Shown one piece after another: positions 19,187 through 28,429 of a stretch of DNA of 37,817 bases. A program made the position numbers and the translations under genes. Each line of letters starts with the position of its first letter. Position 1 is the stretch's first letter. This stretch comes from Bacteroidota bacterium (GTDB taxonomy: Bacteria > Bacteroidota > Ignavibacteria > SZUA-365), in NCBI GenBank assembly GCA_018224415.1, contig JAGTUZ010000021.1:1-37817 (forward strand), in the 5' to 3' direction. A model generated the notes under the pieces. The model searched no databases. It saw only the letters and a program-made list of their open reading frames with translations, and was not told the origin of the DNA.

Positions 19187-19819
19187 TCAGACATGAGACA
19201 ACGGACCGTTGGACACAACCTGTTCACCGACTGCGGGACGCCCCGGTATCTGATGGGGCTCGCTCTTGTCTAGCAGCAGATATACGATGATCGCCAGCAC
19301 GCAGAAGGTCAGTACGAACGCCGTCAGCATCAGCTTCCGGCGGGAAGGTTCCGCGGGAGGGTGATAGAGCTGGTCGCGATTGCGGTGGAACATCTCGAAG
19401 TCCGAAAGCGGATCTTCCTCCGTGATCGCGACGTCCTCGTCCGTGATCGTGATGTCCTCATCCGTAATGGCGATGTCTTCATCCGAAATGGCGACATCAT
19501 CCATGAGAGCGACATCCTCATCCGAAATGGCAATGTCTTCATCCGTAATGGCGATGTCTTCATCCGCGATGGCGACATCCTCGGAAGTCGCTGACTCCGG
19601 CAAACCGTTTTCAGGGATAACGGGAGATGAACCCTCGTCCTGGCCGAATGCGCGGCGCACCTCACGCACCAGATCCGCGACGTCGACCGTCTCGAGCACC
19701 GGGCCTGGGTTGGATTGCAAGGCCTCGGCGGGAATGAAGTGCAGGCTGTCGATACTGCTGGCCAGACCCTGCGGTGGGTCAGCTGCAATTCCATGTGTGA
19801 TATTGCCGCTGTCTGCCAT
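19187..19819 (-). CDS. Hypothetical single-pass membrane protein with acidic heptad repeats
   Basis: Start moved to ATG 19819, next to the upstream stop at 19821; the longer track ORF overlaps the barrel gene. Acidic repeat block, then RRK plus TM helix LMLTAFVLTFCVLAIIVYLLL. Confidence 0.7.
   Translation of the reverse strand: MADSGNITHGIAADPPQGLASSIDSLHFIPAEALQSNPGPVLETVDVADLVREVRRAFGQDEGSSPVIPENGLPESATSEDVAIADEDIAITDEDIAISDEDVALMDDVAISDEDIAITDEDITITDEDVAITEEDPLSDFEMFHRNRDQLYHPPAEPSRRKLMLTAFVLTFCVLAIIVYLLLDKSEPHQIPGRPAVGEQVVSNGPLSHV
19417..19585 (-). repeat. In-frame ~21-bp tandem repeat, 8 imperfect copies of ED(V/I)AI(T/S)D
   Basis: EDVAIAD EDIAITD EDIAISD EDVALMD DVAISD EDIAITD EDITITD EDVAITE; end points approximate. 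Confidence 0.9.
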
Positions 19820-19820
19820 G

Positions 19821-21596
19821 TCAGAAATGCGCCGTGACGCCGCCCATGAGGAAAAATGGTCGCTCGCGGTAACCGGGCCACTGTTGCCGGTTCTGGTCGA
19901 GCAGGTTGTCGAAGCGGAGAAACAGCCCCAGGTTCGGAAGGAGGCGGTAATCGAGTTCGAGGCCCAGCAGCAGCCAGGCAGGAAGTGCGCCGCCGTCCGC
20001 TTCCTGTTCTCCGACCAACTGCATCGTGCTCTGCAGGCATAGGCCGAAGGGGAATGCATGCGAGAGCAGCAGACGCGCCTCGTAATCGGGGAGGTAGGGG
20101 ATGCGCCCCTGCGCCTCGCCGAGCGCCGATGTGCGCAGATCGAGGCTTGCCTGCAGCCGTGTATCCGGCCCGAATCGATGGGAGAGTTCCGTGCGTGCGC
20201 TGAAGACGCTTGCACGTCCGTCATAACGCAGTTCCCACTGCTGTCGGACAGGATCCGGCAGGAGGGAGAACCGCGGCCAGGATGACGTCGACAGATATTC
20301 GATCGCGAAACGGGCACTGCTCTTCCTGCGGTTGTCGAATTCCGTACCCAAGGTGAATCGCCAGGGAATGTCACTGTGACGAATCACAGAGGCGAGCATC
20401 ATGTAGGGATTGACATGGAGGAATTCCTCCAGCGTGTGTTCGCGAACTTCCGGCAGCCAACCACCAAACAGCGACCAGTTGCTGTTCAGCATCCGGCGCA
20501 GCAGCAGTGTCGGATAGAGACGGAACTGGCTGGCATGGTCACTGCCCCTGTAGAGATTGAGTGCGAGACCGGCCTCGAGGCGGGTTGCGTCTCCAAGGGG
20601 AAACACGGTGCCGCCGCTTCCCTTGATGTAGAAGGGACGTGTACTTCCGGGGCCGCGTTCACTCAGGTCATTGACGTGCAGCAGCAGGGAGAAATCGACG
20701 TCGTGGCTGCCCATGGACAGGCGTGTTGTGGCGTCGAGGCCGAGACGGTTTTCTATCTGACGGTATTCGTCCAGCTCCAGACTGTCGCGAAGACCGAGGG
20801 TCTCGTCGATGGAACGGTGCGCGAACGAAAGGCGCAGCGTATGATCCGCAAGGACATTCCGGCGGGACAACAGGTCCGCCCCCAACCGAAGACCGAGCGT
20901 CCGCCTGCGGAAGTCAAGGTCCATCTGTTGATCGCTCCGAGTCAGTCTGTCTGCAAACAGCCCGTAATCCCTTACATCAACGGCCGCGTCGGCCTGGAGA
21001 CGCGAGGAAGCGAACAGCGGGTGGACATCCCGCGGCAGGTAGGTCCCACCGCGCATGTCGAAATGGAATGCGGAATAGTCGGCGCGATCGACGTGTCCAG
21101 CGCTGCGCTCGTAGGCGGCATGAGCGGCGGCATCGCCATCTGTGTAGCGATCGCCGTACCAGATCTCGAACAGTGGAGTGGAATACATTCCAATCCCTGC
21201 GCGAAGGCGCAGCACTTCGTCGCTTCCTGTCAGGTCGGGCTTGCGCAGCGGCATACGCGTCGGCGAGGTGTCCGTAAACCGTGGCTCCCGTTCTCCGCGG
21301 CCGGCCCGCGCGGTGAACATGCGGCTGTCGGGTTCGCTGGCGGCGCCTTTCCGGTCTTCGACGAAACGAATCATGTCGCTGCCGGTGATCACGTACTCCG
21401 GCAGTGACAGGGCGGGGAGCACATCGCGCAGTTCCTTCGTCTCGGGCTTGAAGTCGCGAGGCGGAGGCAGCGGTTTATCCTGCGCCCGGAGCGCCGGGGC
21501 AAAACACAGCATCATGCCAAGGGCAATGATGCAGCTGGCGGACCGGAAGGTCTGGAATGGCCGGACGAAAACGGACGGACGGAGGGCTTGTGTCAT
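19821..21596 (-). CDS. TonB-dependent-receptor-like outer membrane beta-barrel (short)
   Basis: Signal peptide; TonB-box-like LPEYVITG; amphipathic strands; TBDT-like C-terminus FLRFDNLLD...WPGY...GGVTAHF with terminal Phe. Confidence 0.75.
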   Translation of the reverse strand: MTQALRPSVFVRPFQTFRSASCIIALGMMLCFAPALRAQDKPLPPPRDFKPETKELRDVLPALSLPEYVITGSDMIRFVEDRKGAASEPDSRMFTARAGRGEREPRFTDTSPTRMPLRKPDLTGSDEVLRLRAGIGMYSTPLFEIWYGDRYTDGDAAAHAAYERSAGHVDRADYSAFHFDMRGGTYLPRDVHPLFASSRLQADAAVDVRDYGLFADRLTRSDQQMDLDFRRRTLGLRLGADLLSRRNVLADHTLRLSFAHRSIDETLGLRDSLELDEYRQIENRLGLDATTRLSMGSHDVDFSLLLHVNDLSERGPGSTRPFYIKGSGGTVFPLGDATRLEAGLALNLYRGSDHASQFRLYPTLLLRRMLNSNWSLFGGWLPEVREHTLEEFLHVNPYMMLASVIRHSDIPWRFTLGTEFDNRRKSSARFAIEYLSTSSWPRFSLLPDPVRQQWELRYDGRASVFSARTELSHRFGPDTRLQASLDLRTSALGEAQGRIPYLPDYEARLLLSHAFPFGLCLQSTMQLVGEQEADGGALPAWLLLGLELDYRLLPNLGLFLRFDNLLDQNRQQWPGYRERPFFLMGGVTAHF

Positions 21597-24589
21597 TTCA
21601 GCATCTCCAGCCGCACCTGGGCTTCATTCGCTTCTTCCGAACCCGCGTACTGTTCGAGTACCGTGCGGTAGTGTTTGCGTGCGTTGTCGGTGTTTCCCAG
21701 CGATTCGTCGAGCTTGCCGAGCAGCAGCAGGGCGCGGCCGTGCCAAGGGGCTGCATCGGAAAACACATACCCGACGCGCAGCAGTGCTTCTTCTGCCTCC
21801 GCGTTCCGCTTGGCATTTCGAAGCAACTCGCCCGCGCGATACTGTGCTTCGGCTCCGATATTGTCGATGCGGCTCGTCGCGATCCGTGAAAGCGCGGCGA
21901 CCGCCTCGTCGAGACGGCCTTCCTCGGCGACGAGGATCGCATGTTCTATCGTCGCGCGCAGGGCGTAGGGATTGTCAGGCTGCGCCTGCTGTGCGGCTTC
22001 GAAATCCTGCCGCGCAGCGGCGAAGTTCCGGTCGGCCCGGTAGACCAGCCCGCGTTTGTAATACGTGCGCGCCCGCGATGTGCGCGCGGCGGGATCGTTG
22101 AGCAGTTCCTGGCACAGCGCGAGGGCCTTGTTGCGGTCCTGCTGCGCCATGGCGGTCTGTACCAGTTCGAAGCGACTCTCGATGGAGAAACTGCCGCTCG
22201 GGTCAATACGGATGCCTTCGCGCAGGGTCTTCTCTGCATGCCCGAGATCGTCGTTCTGCCGGTAGGCCCGACCCAGCAGGAGATGCGCCTCGGGGAGCAT
22301 CCGGCTCTGCGGATGGGCCGTAATGAAACGCTGCAGCGCGGGAATGGTGCGGTTCGGATCGTCCTGTGACGCCAGGTCGCGCAGACTGTTGAAAACTACT
22401 TCGTCCGCGGCGGCACTCTTGGGATTTGTGGCCAGCCACTCCTGCTTGACTTTCTCTGCTTCTGCCTCGCGTCCCTGTATGCGGAGTGTCTGCGACAGCC
22501 CGTCGAGGGCATCGCTGACCTTCGGAGAATCGGCATGCAGTTCGAGGACGCGCCGATACGCCGTCTCCGCATCCTTGTAGCGGCCCATGTTATAATGGCA
22601 ATCGGCGATGGTGTAGCGGGCCTGGGCAAGGAGGGGACTGTCGGGATATTCGGAAATCAGTTTCCCGAACTCCGAAATGGCGACGTCGTAATCCTTGCTA
22701 ATGAAGTACATCCATGCGAGGCTGAACTGCGCCTCGTCCGCATACTCGGAGTCGGGATAGCGGGCCAGAAGTCCCCGCAGGGTGCTGATCGCCGCAGGCG
22801 TCTGTCCGCTGCGGTGTTCGCTGGACCCGAGCTGCAGCAGCGCATAAGCGGCGAGAGGATTGGACGGGTACATTCGCGAGATGTAGCGATAGGTCTTTGC
22901 CGCCTCTGTGAATTTCTTCTGCGCATACAAGGCGTCTCCGAGGCGGACATTGGCGTCGACGTCGTTTTTCCCCGCACGGTATTCGGTTGTCAGCCGTGTG
23001 AAAATGCGTTCGGCCTCGGGAAACTGCTGGGCGCGGAAATGCGACCACCCAAGACCGTACAGGGCGTCCTGCAGCAGCGCGGCCTCCTGGGTGGAGGTGA
23101 GCGCCTGGTTGTAAACGATGATGGCATCTTCGAACGCTTCCTCGCGGAAAAGCGATTCGCCGAGCCAGAGCAGGGCCTCCGGCTTTCGCGCATCGCCCGG
23201 ATGACGCTGCAGGAAGTTTCGCAGGACCACCGATGCCTCGGAATACTGTCCCGCTTCGAAGAGGCTGAAGCCCTGGCGGAACAGGGCCTTGGCGGCCGTT
23301 TCCTTCGGGGCGTTTTCGACGGAGACGGCCGACGCGTATGCGCGTGCGGCGTCTGCGGGACGCTTGCCTTTCAGATGGGTTTCTCCCTGCATGAACCAGG
23401 CGTCCGCGAGCACGTCGCTGTCAGGGAAGCTTGTTGTCACGGAGGCAAAATGTTGGAGCGCACTCTCGAGAGCGTTTTCGTTGAAGGCGGCCATGCCCAG
23501 TTCGAAATGCGCGTTGTCGGCATAGTCGCCAGACGGACGGCTTTCGAGCATGGCGCGAAACACCGTGCGAGATTCCTCGAGAGAGCCGTTCAACCGCAGG
23601 GCCATGCCTTTGCGGAACAACGCCGCTTCGGCGAGCGCCCCGTTGCGTCGGGAAAGTCCGTCGAATGTGACGATGGCCTCGGAGTATTTTTTCTGTTCGA
23701 TCTGCGTCCATCCCAATGAGTACTGTACCTGTTCGGCGCGCTTGTTGTCTGGATAGCCGGTCAGAAAGCTGGTGTAAAGCTCCTCGGCCTGCGCGTATCG
23801 TCCGAGCTTGTAGTGGGACTCCGCACGGAGGAACAACCGCTCGGCCGCGTTCTCCGGGTCGGGAGAATCGGTCAGTGCGCCGAGCCATGACAGGGCGGCC
23901 TCGTAGTCGCCCTGTTGATAGAGGCAGGCACCCTTGCGCGTGAAGACACCCGAACGCAATCCGCTCTCGGGGAACAGCTGCAGGAACTCCTCGTAATTCG
24001 CCAGGGCCTCGGCGTATTTCCCTTCTTTTTCCAGGACGAAGCCAATCGAGAAAAAGGCGTAGTCACGAATGCGTCCTTCGGGATAATGCTCGTATGCGAT
24101 GCGGTAGTAGCGCATCGCGAGGGGATAGTTGCCGTCCTTGAACGCCGCCTCACCGGCCCAATAGGCCGCCTCGTGGGCGAGATTGCCTTCCGGCCAGCGC
24201 TTCACCACGGAGGCGAGGAGTTCATGTGCTTTGCGGAATCCACCTTGGCGGAAATACACCTCACCTTCGCGGAAACCGGCGTCGTCGGCCAGCTTGCTGT
24301 CGGGATACCGCTGCTGGAACGCGGCAAACGCCAGGGCGGCGTCCGGGAGATTGGCGTTCTGATACAGCGACTCCGCGATGTAGTATTCCGCATCGGGAAG
24401 AAGGGCACTGCCTGGATAACTGCGGATGAAGTCACGGAATTTGCCTTCGGACAGCTGGTAGTTCCTGTCCTTGAACAGGCCAAGCGCAAAGGCATAGTCC
24501 TGTTCTTCTTTTAAATTCCGGACCTGGGATTGCCCCGGGACGCTCAGCAGGATCGCGAGGAGGAGCAGCAGGACGGTCGGTCGAAGCAT
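21593..24589 (-). CDS. Large periplasmic tetratricopeptide repeat protein (BamD/CpoB-type repeats)
   Basis: Signal peptide; about two dozen repeats of the YPxS..A.DA.Y..GE..Y type across 998 aa. Confidence 0.92.
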   Translation of the reverse strand: MLRPTVLLLLLAILLSVPGQSQVRNLKEEQDYAFALGLFKDRNYQLSEGKFRDFIRSYPGSALLPDAEYYIAESLYQNANLPDAALAFAAFQQRYPDSKLADDAGFREGEVYFRQGGFRKAHELLASVVKRWPEGNLAHEAAYWAGEAAFKDGNYPLAMRYYRIAYEHYPEGRIRDYAFFSIGFVLEKEGKYAEALANYEEFLQLFPESGLRSGVFTRKGACLYQQGDYEAALSWLGALTDSPDPENAAERLFLRAESHYKLGRYAQAEELYTSFLTGYPDNKRAEQVQYSLGWTQIEQKKYSEAIVTFDGLSRRNGALAEAALFRKGMALRLNGSLEESRTVFRAMLESRPSGDYADNAHFELGMAAFNENALESALQHFASVTTSFPDSDVLADAWFMQGETHLKGKRPADAARAYASAVSVENAPKETAAKALFRQGFSLFEAGQYSEASVVLRNFLQRHPGDARKPEALLWLGESLFREEAFEDAIIVYNQALTSTQEAALLQDALYGLGWSHFRAQQFPEAERIFTRLTTEYRAGKNDVDANVRLGDALYAQKKFTEAAKTYRYISRMYPSNPLAAYALLQLGSSEHRSGQTPAAISTLRGLLARYPDSEYADEAQFSLAWMYFISKDYDVAISEFGKLISEYPDSPLLAQARYTIADCHYNMGRYKDAETAYRRVLELHADSPKVSDALDGLSQTLRIQGREAEAEKVKQEWLATNPKSAAADEVVFNSLRDLASQDDPNRTIPALQRFITAHPQSRMLPEAHLLLGRAYRQNDDLGHAEKTLREGIRIDPSGSFSIESRFELVQTAMAQQDRNKALALCQELLNDPAARTSRARTYYKRGLVYRADRNFAAARQDFEAAQQAQPDNPYALRATIEHAILVAEEGRLDEAVAALSRIATSRIDNIGAEAQYRAGELLRNAKRNAEAEEALLRVGYVFSDAAPWHGRALLLLGKLDESLGNTDNARKHYRTVLEQYAGSEEANEAQVRLEMLK

Positions 24590-24733
24590 GCGACGCTCGT
24601 CTGTGATGGGGGATATCGGCGGACTTAAAGTGATACTATAGATAGATCACTTAACCTCGACAAATTACGTTTCCAGTGTCAGAGTGTCAAGGCATTGCGG
24701 GAGAAAGCTGTGGAGGAAAGCTGTGTCGGATTG

Positions 24734-24764
24734 TTTGACCTTTCTCCGCAAAGGCGTACTTTTT
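24734..24764 (+). promoter_or_regulatory. Possible Bacteroidota-type promoter for the MoxR operon
   Basis: TTTG (24734-24737), 19-nt spacer, TACTTTTT (one mismatch to TAnnTTTG). Confidence 0.35.
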
Positions 24765-24798
24765 TGCTTCCGTATCCACACGTTGCAGATTAAGGACC

Positions 24799-26106
24799 AT
24801 GACAGAACAGAAGACTCCGTTTCATCCCGACGAGGTCATAGACCGTTTCCGCGGCGCCATCGAGTTCGTCAACCGTCGCATCATCAACCGCACCGAAGTG
24901 ATCGACCAGATCTTTTCCGCCATGCTGATGCGCGAGCATGCGCTGATCCAGAGCCGAACCGGTGCGGCAAAATCCCTGCTCGCCCAGCAGATTTTTCGCA
25001 TGTTCGATGGTGCAAGCATTTTCCAGGTACAGGCATCGAAAGAGCAGCAGCCCGACACGTATTTCGGCGGGCTCGACATCGAGGAGCTCAAGCAGGGCCG
25101 CATCATGCACAACACCGAGAATTCGCTGGTCGAGAGCGAATTCGGTTTCATCGACGAGATTTTCGATGCCAACGATTACACCCTGCGTTCGCTGCTGACC
25201 ACCCTCAACGAGCGGGCGCTGATACTCGGGGTGCAGTACGTCCCGGCACGTGTGCATAGCGTCATCGCCGCGACGAACTATCTGCGCGTGAGCGAAATTA
25301 CCGAGGCCCTGCTCGATCGTTTCATATTCAAGGCGTTGTTCATTCCCGCGAAGGAGCCGTACACGCAATACCAGATTGCCCAGCGCTACCTGACACATCA
25401 CGGACAGGCATCGGTGCCGGCGCAACGCATTCCGTACGCCATGCTCAAACGCACTTCGGAGGTCATCCGCGGTCTCGACCCCGAGTACGGGATTACCATT
25501 CCGCTGCACGTGATCTTTTTTGCCAACTCCGTTGTGCGGTATTACGAGGCACAGCGCAACCGGTTGATCAAGGAGCGGCCGCACGAGCATCCGCATCTGA
25601 AGGACTTCTATATATCACCACGCACCTACGCGCGTGCGCTGGACATGCTGCGCGTGATCGCTTTTCTCCACGGACGTATGGAGGTGATCCCCGAGGACGT
25701 CGAGAAGCTCTGGTATCTGTACACGGTTGTAGGCATCCGGGAGCAGAAGGAACTGTTTCTGAAATCCTACAGCACCTTGTACAAGCAGTTCACCAGCGCG
25801 AAGGCCTTCGAGCAGATCCAGCGCCTGCTGGAATTCCAGGAGTTCATCGAACATCTCAAGCAGCATCCGGACCTGCTGAAGCGTCCGATCACCGAGATCG
25901 AAGGCCAGCCGCTGCGCCGCACGCTCGTCGAGTGGGCCAAGGACACGCTCGGCATCACCCACGCGACCGAGGAGCACAACCGGAGGTTGCTGGAAAGCTA
26001 CATGAAATCCTTCGAACCACTCACCGAGGAAATCGCGGATTTTCTTGTCAGTACCGAACGTGACATTCACGGACTGTTCCACCCGACGGAGCACATCTGG
26101 ACCTGA
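24799..26106 (+). CDS. MoxR-family AAA+ ATPase, RavA-like
   Basis: AAGGA SD; IINRTEVI, EHALIQSRTGAAKSL (Walker A variant), FGFIDEIF (Walker B), LLTTLNER, IAATN, EALLDRF (Arg finger), ISPR. Confidence 0.88.
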   Translation: MTEQKTPFHPDEVIDRFRGAIEFVNRRIINRTEVIDQIFSAMLMREHALIQSRTGAAKSLLAQQIFRMFDGASIFQVQASKEQQPDTYFGGLDIEELKQGRIMHNTENSLVESEFGFIDEIFDANDYTLRSLLTTLNERALILGVQYVPARVHSVIAATNYLRVSEITEALLDRFIFKALFIPAKEPYTQYQIAQRYLTHHGQASVPAQRIPYAMLKRTSEVIRGLDPEYGITIPLHVIFFANSVVRYYEAQRNRLIKERPHEHPHLKDFYISPRTYARALDMLRVIAFLHGRMEVIPEDVEKLWYLYTVVGIREQKELFLKSYSTLYKQFTSAKAFEQIQRLLEFQEFIEHLKQHPDLLKRPITEIEGQPLRRTLVEWAKDTLGITHATEEHNRRLLESYMKSFEPLTEEIADFLVSTERDIHGLFHPTEHIWT

Positions 26107-26107
26107 C

Positions 26108-27619
26108 ATGCCCGGCGCCTACGAACACTTCTTCGACGTAATGGAGGACCTCGGGTTCTTCGAACACATTTACGAGGACCTGCCCGAGGACTTTACCGCC
26201 GTGTTCGAAATCGCGCGTGTGCTCGAAGACGAGAGCAACGAACTCGCGGCGAAGCTGCGGCCCGTGCTCACGCTTACCGCTCCGGGGAGGGGAGAGCCGC
26301 CGCCCGAGGACCGTCCCGACCTCGAGATCATCATCAACGACCAGGAGGAGTTTGAGGCCGGTCTCATCCGCACGCCCCAGCACCTGCCGCGCATCTACAA
26401 TTACCAGTGGCTGCTGCCCTCGCAGGTGTTCGACCATCGGCTGGCCAAAAAGGAGTTGTGGGTCCCGTATCCGCGGGAGCCGCGATATTTTGCTGTCGAT
26501 CCCGAATCCGACGACTACCGGCCCGACCGGCGCAAGCAGAAACTCTATGTCCTGCTCGACACCTCCAGCTCCATGGCCATGAAAAATCGCATTTCCCTGG
26601 CCAAGGCCGTGGTGTACCATTTCCTGAAGCAGAACATGAAGGAACTGGGCTACATCCATCTGCGGACGTTCGACACAAAGATCGGGGAACTGCAGGAAGC
26701 GAGGGATACTGCCAGTTTCCATGCCTTGATCCGTTGCGTCATGCGGCTGCACACCCTGGGAAACGGCACTGCCATGGCACGCGCCATCCGCCAGGCAGTC
26801 GATGACATCAACGCAATGCCGCAGCTGTCCGGCACCGAGATTCTCGTCATCACCGACGGCGCCTGCGCGCTCGACGAGGAGGAAATCCGGACACTGCTCG
26901 GCGATGGCATCGTGATCAACACCGTCAAGATCGGCCGGTCCCAGTTGATCGCCTCGAAGAGCTACATCCGCGACAAGATATTCGAGGAGGACACCGTGCA
27001 GCACAAGCTGATCGACCGCCTGCAGAAACGCGAGACCGAACTCCTCCACCTGCGCGACACCGCGCAGAGTCCCCACATCCGCCGACGCTACGACGACTCG
27101 CTGCGTTCGACGCGGCAGGAAATCAATCGCCAGGTCGACGCCATGACCGAGGAAATCATCGTCGGCTACGGACATGAACTCGAGCGTCTCTCCCACCTGT
27201 ACATCCAGGTCGAGGACGTCGAGCTTCCCGGCCTGTTCAATCTTCGCGAGGAACAGGAAACGGAGATCCGCGATCTATTCCAGCAAGTGGTGAGCGAACT
27301 CGAGCTGCACTGTTCGCTGGATCAGTTGCGCAAGCTCGCTCTCCTCATCGACCATCTCGCCGTGCTCATCAAAAACACACCCGATGCGGAGCTGCGCCGT
27401 CGCTTCGAGGAACTGCGCGAAGAGATCAGCCGACGGCTCACCGAATGCATCGAAAAGCAGATCGCGCAGGGGGGAGGTCCATTACTGCGCTCCCTGACGG
27501 CTGCCGACCGCCACGACCTCGATTTCCTTCTCGCGCACTCGTCCTCCGCGCACATCAATCTCTGGCGCGCCTTCATATGGAAACTCATCGCGGGCCTGCG
27601 GAAAATCGTAGGCTCCTGA
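26108..27619 (+). CDS. VWA-domain protein (ViaA-like partner of MoxR)
   Basis: ATG 26108 one base after the MoxR stop; MIDAS elements LLDTSSSM, GNGTAM and ILVITDG; helical C-terminal region. Confidence 0.85.
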   Translation: MPGAYEHFFDVMEDLGFFEHIYEDLPEDFTAVFEIARVLEDESNELAAKLRPVLTLTAPGRGEPPPEDRPDLEIIINDQEEFEAGLIRTPQHLPRIYNYQWLLPSQVFDHRLAKKELWVPYPREPRYFAVDPESDDYRPDRRKQKLYVLLDTSSSMAMKNRISLAKAVVYHFLKQNMKELGYIHLRTFDTKIGELQEARDTASFHALIRCVMRLHTLGNGTAMARAIRQAVDDINAMPQLSGTEILVITDGACALDEEEIRTLLGDGIVINTVKIGRSQLIASKSYIRDKIFEEDTVQHKLIDRLQKRETELLHLRDTAQSPHIRRRYDDSLRSTRQEINRQVDAMTEEIIVGYGHELERLSHLYIQVEDVELPGLFNLREEQETEIRDLFQQVVSELELHCSLDQLRKLALLIDHLAVLIKNTPDAELRRRFEELREEISRRLTECIEKQIAQGGGPLLRSLTAADRHDLDFLLAHSSSAHINLWRAFIWKLIAGLRKIVGS

Positions 27620-27733
27620 CGTCCTGACGTCCTCACGCCCTCACGTCCTCACGCCCTCACGTCCTCACGCCCTCACGCCCTCACGTCCTCACGCCCTCAC
27701 GCCCTCACGCCCTCACGCCCTCACGCCCTCACG
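27614..27733. repeat. Intergenic 8-bp tandem repeat, 15 copies (YCCTSACG)
   Basis: TCCTGACG x2, then 13 mixed TCCTCACG/CCCTCACG units; the first unit contains the VWA stop codon. Confidence 0.97.
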
Positions 27734-27745
27734 TCCTCCCCACCT

Positions 27746-27774
27746 TTGACTTCCAGCACAATTTCTCACATATT
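27746..27774 (+). promoter_or_regulatory. Possible sigma70-like promoter
   Basis: TTGACT-N17-CATATT; AAAGGAG SD at 27821-27827 before ATG 27834. Confidence 0.4.
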
Positions 27775-27833
27775 GGAATACTGAATCACCGGCCTTCGTA
27801 TCATCGAATGTGCCATGAACAAAGGAGAATCGC

Positions 27834-28169
27834 ATGGCGCCTGAGATCAGGCACTGGCCCGAACAGACACCGGAGCGTCGGGCATACGATGCCGTTCGCT
27901 CGGTTCCCGTACAGGAAGAAAACGACACGAACCGCCTTGGCTATCATCTGTTCCTCCATCTGAAGGGGGAACTGCCCGACCTGGACGAAGTGCTGCACGT
28001 TGCACAGGCGAGGTTGCTTTGCTCGAAAGATGAGGCGAAGCGTCTCATCGCTGCTGCACTTGCCGACACGCCGATCGGTCGTGGCGATCCAGACGCAACG
28101 GCGGAAGCCGCATCGACGGCGGAAGCCGGAATGTCGGAAGCCGGCGGAGCGGAAAGCGAGTCGAAGTGA
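27834..28169 (+). CDS. Small hypothetical protein
   Basis: Strong SD; helical core with low-complexity acidic tail; GTGA overlap with the next gene. Confidence 0.75.
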   Translation: MAPEIRHWPEQTPERRAYDAVRSVPVQEENDTNRLGYHLFLHLKGELPDLDEVLHVAQARLLCSKDEAKRLIAAALADTPIGRGDPDATAEAASTAEAGMSEAGGAESESK

Positions 28170-28405
28170 CCGGCCCCGCGGATCCGTCGCAGCCCGATCG
28201 TGCGGAGACGCATGAGGAGCAATTGCGTCGCGAAGAGCGGCGCTGCCCGGAATGCGGCTACGAGATCATGAACCCGCTGACGGACCGCTGTCCCCGCTGC
28301 TTCAGCGCGGTCGCGCGCATGGAAACAAACTGTGGCAGCTGCACTTGGCAGGGCAACTGCGAGTTTGCGCATATCGTGCACGAACACAAAAAACGAACGT
28401 CATAA
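28166..28405 (+). CDS. Small Cys-rich protein (zinc ribbon plus second Cys cluster)
   Basis: CPEC...CPRC...CGSC-x5-C (7 Cys); translationally coupled to the upstream gene. Confidence 0.72.
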   Translation: MTGPADPSQPDRAETHEEQLRREERRCPECGYEIMNPLTDRCPRCFSAVARMETNCGSCTWQGNCEFAHIVHEHKKRTS

Positions 28406-28429
28406 CACCACTCATAGCAGAGGCACGCA

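Noticed and set aside
19820-20374. N-terminal extension of the 395-aa track ORF
   Set aside because: Overlaps the barrel gene in another frame; ATG 19819 abuts the upstream stop. The track's extended starts at 8509, 8584, 12350, 18172, 26045 and 33076 were trimmed for similar reasons.
27614-27733. CRISPR array
   Set aside because: Contiguous 8-bp units with no spacers and no cas genes.
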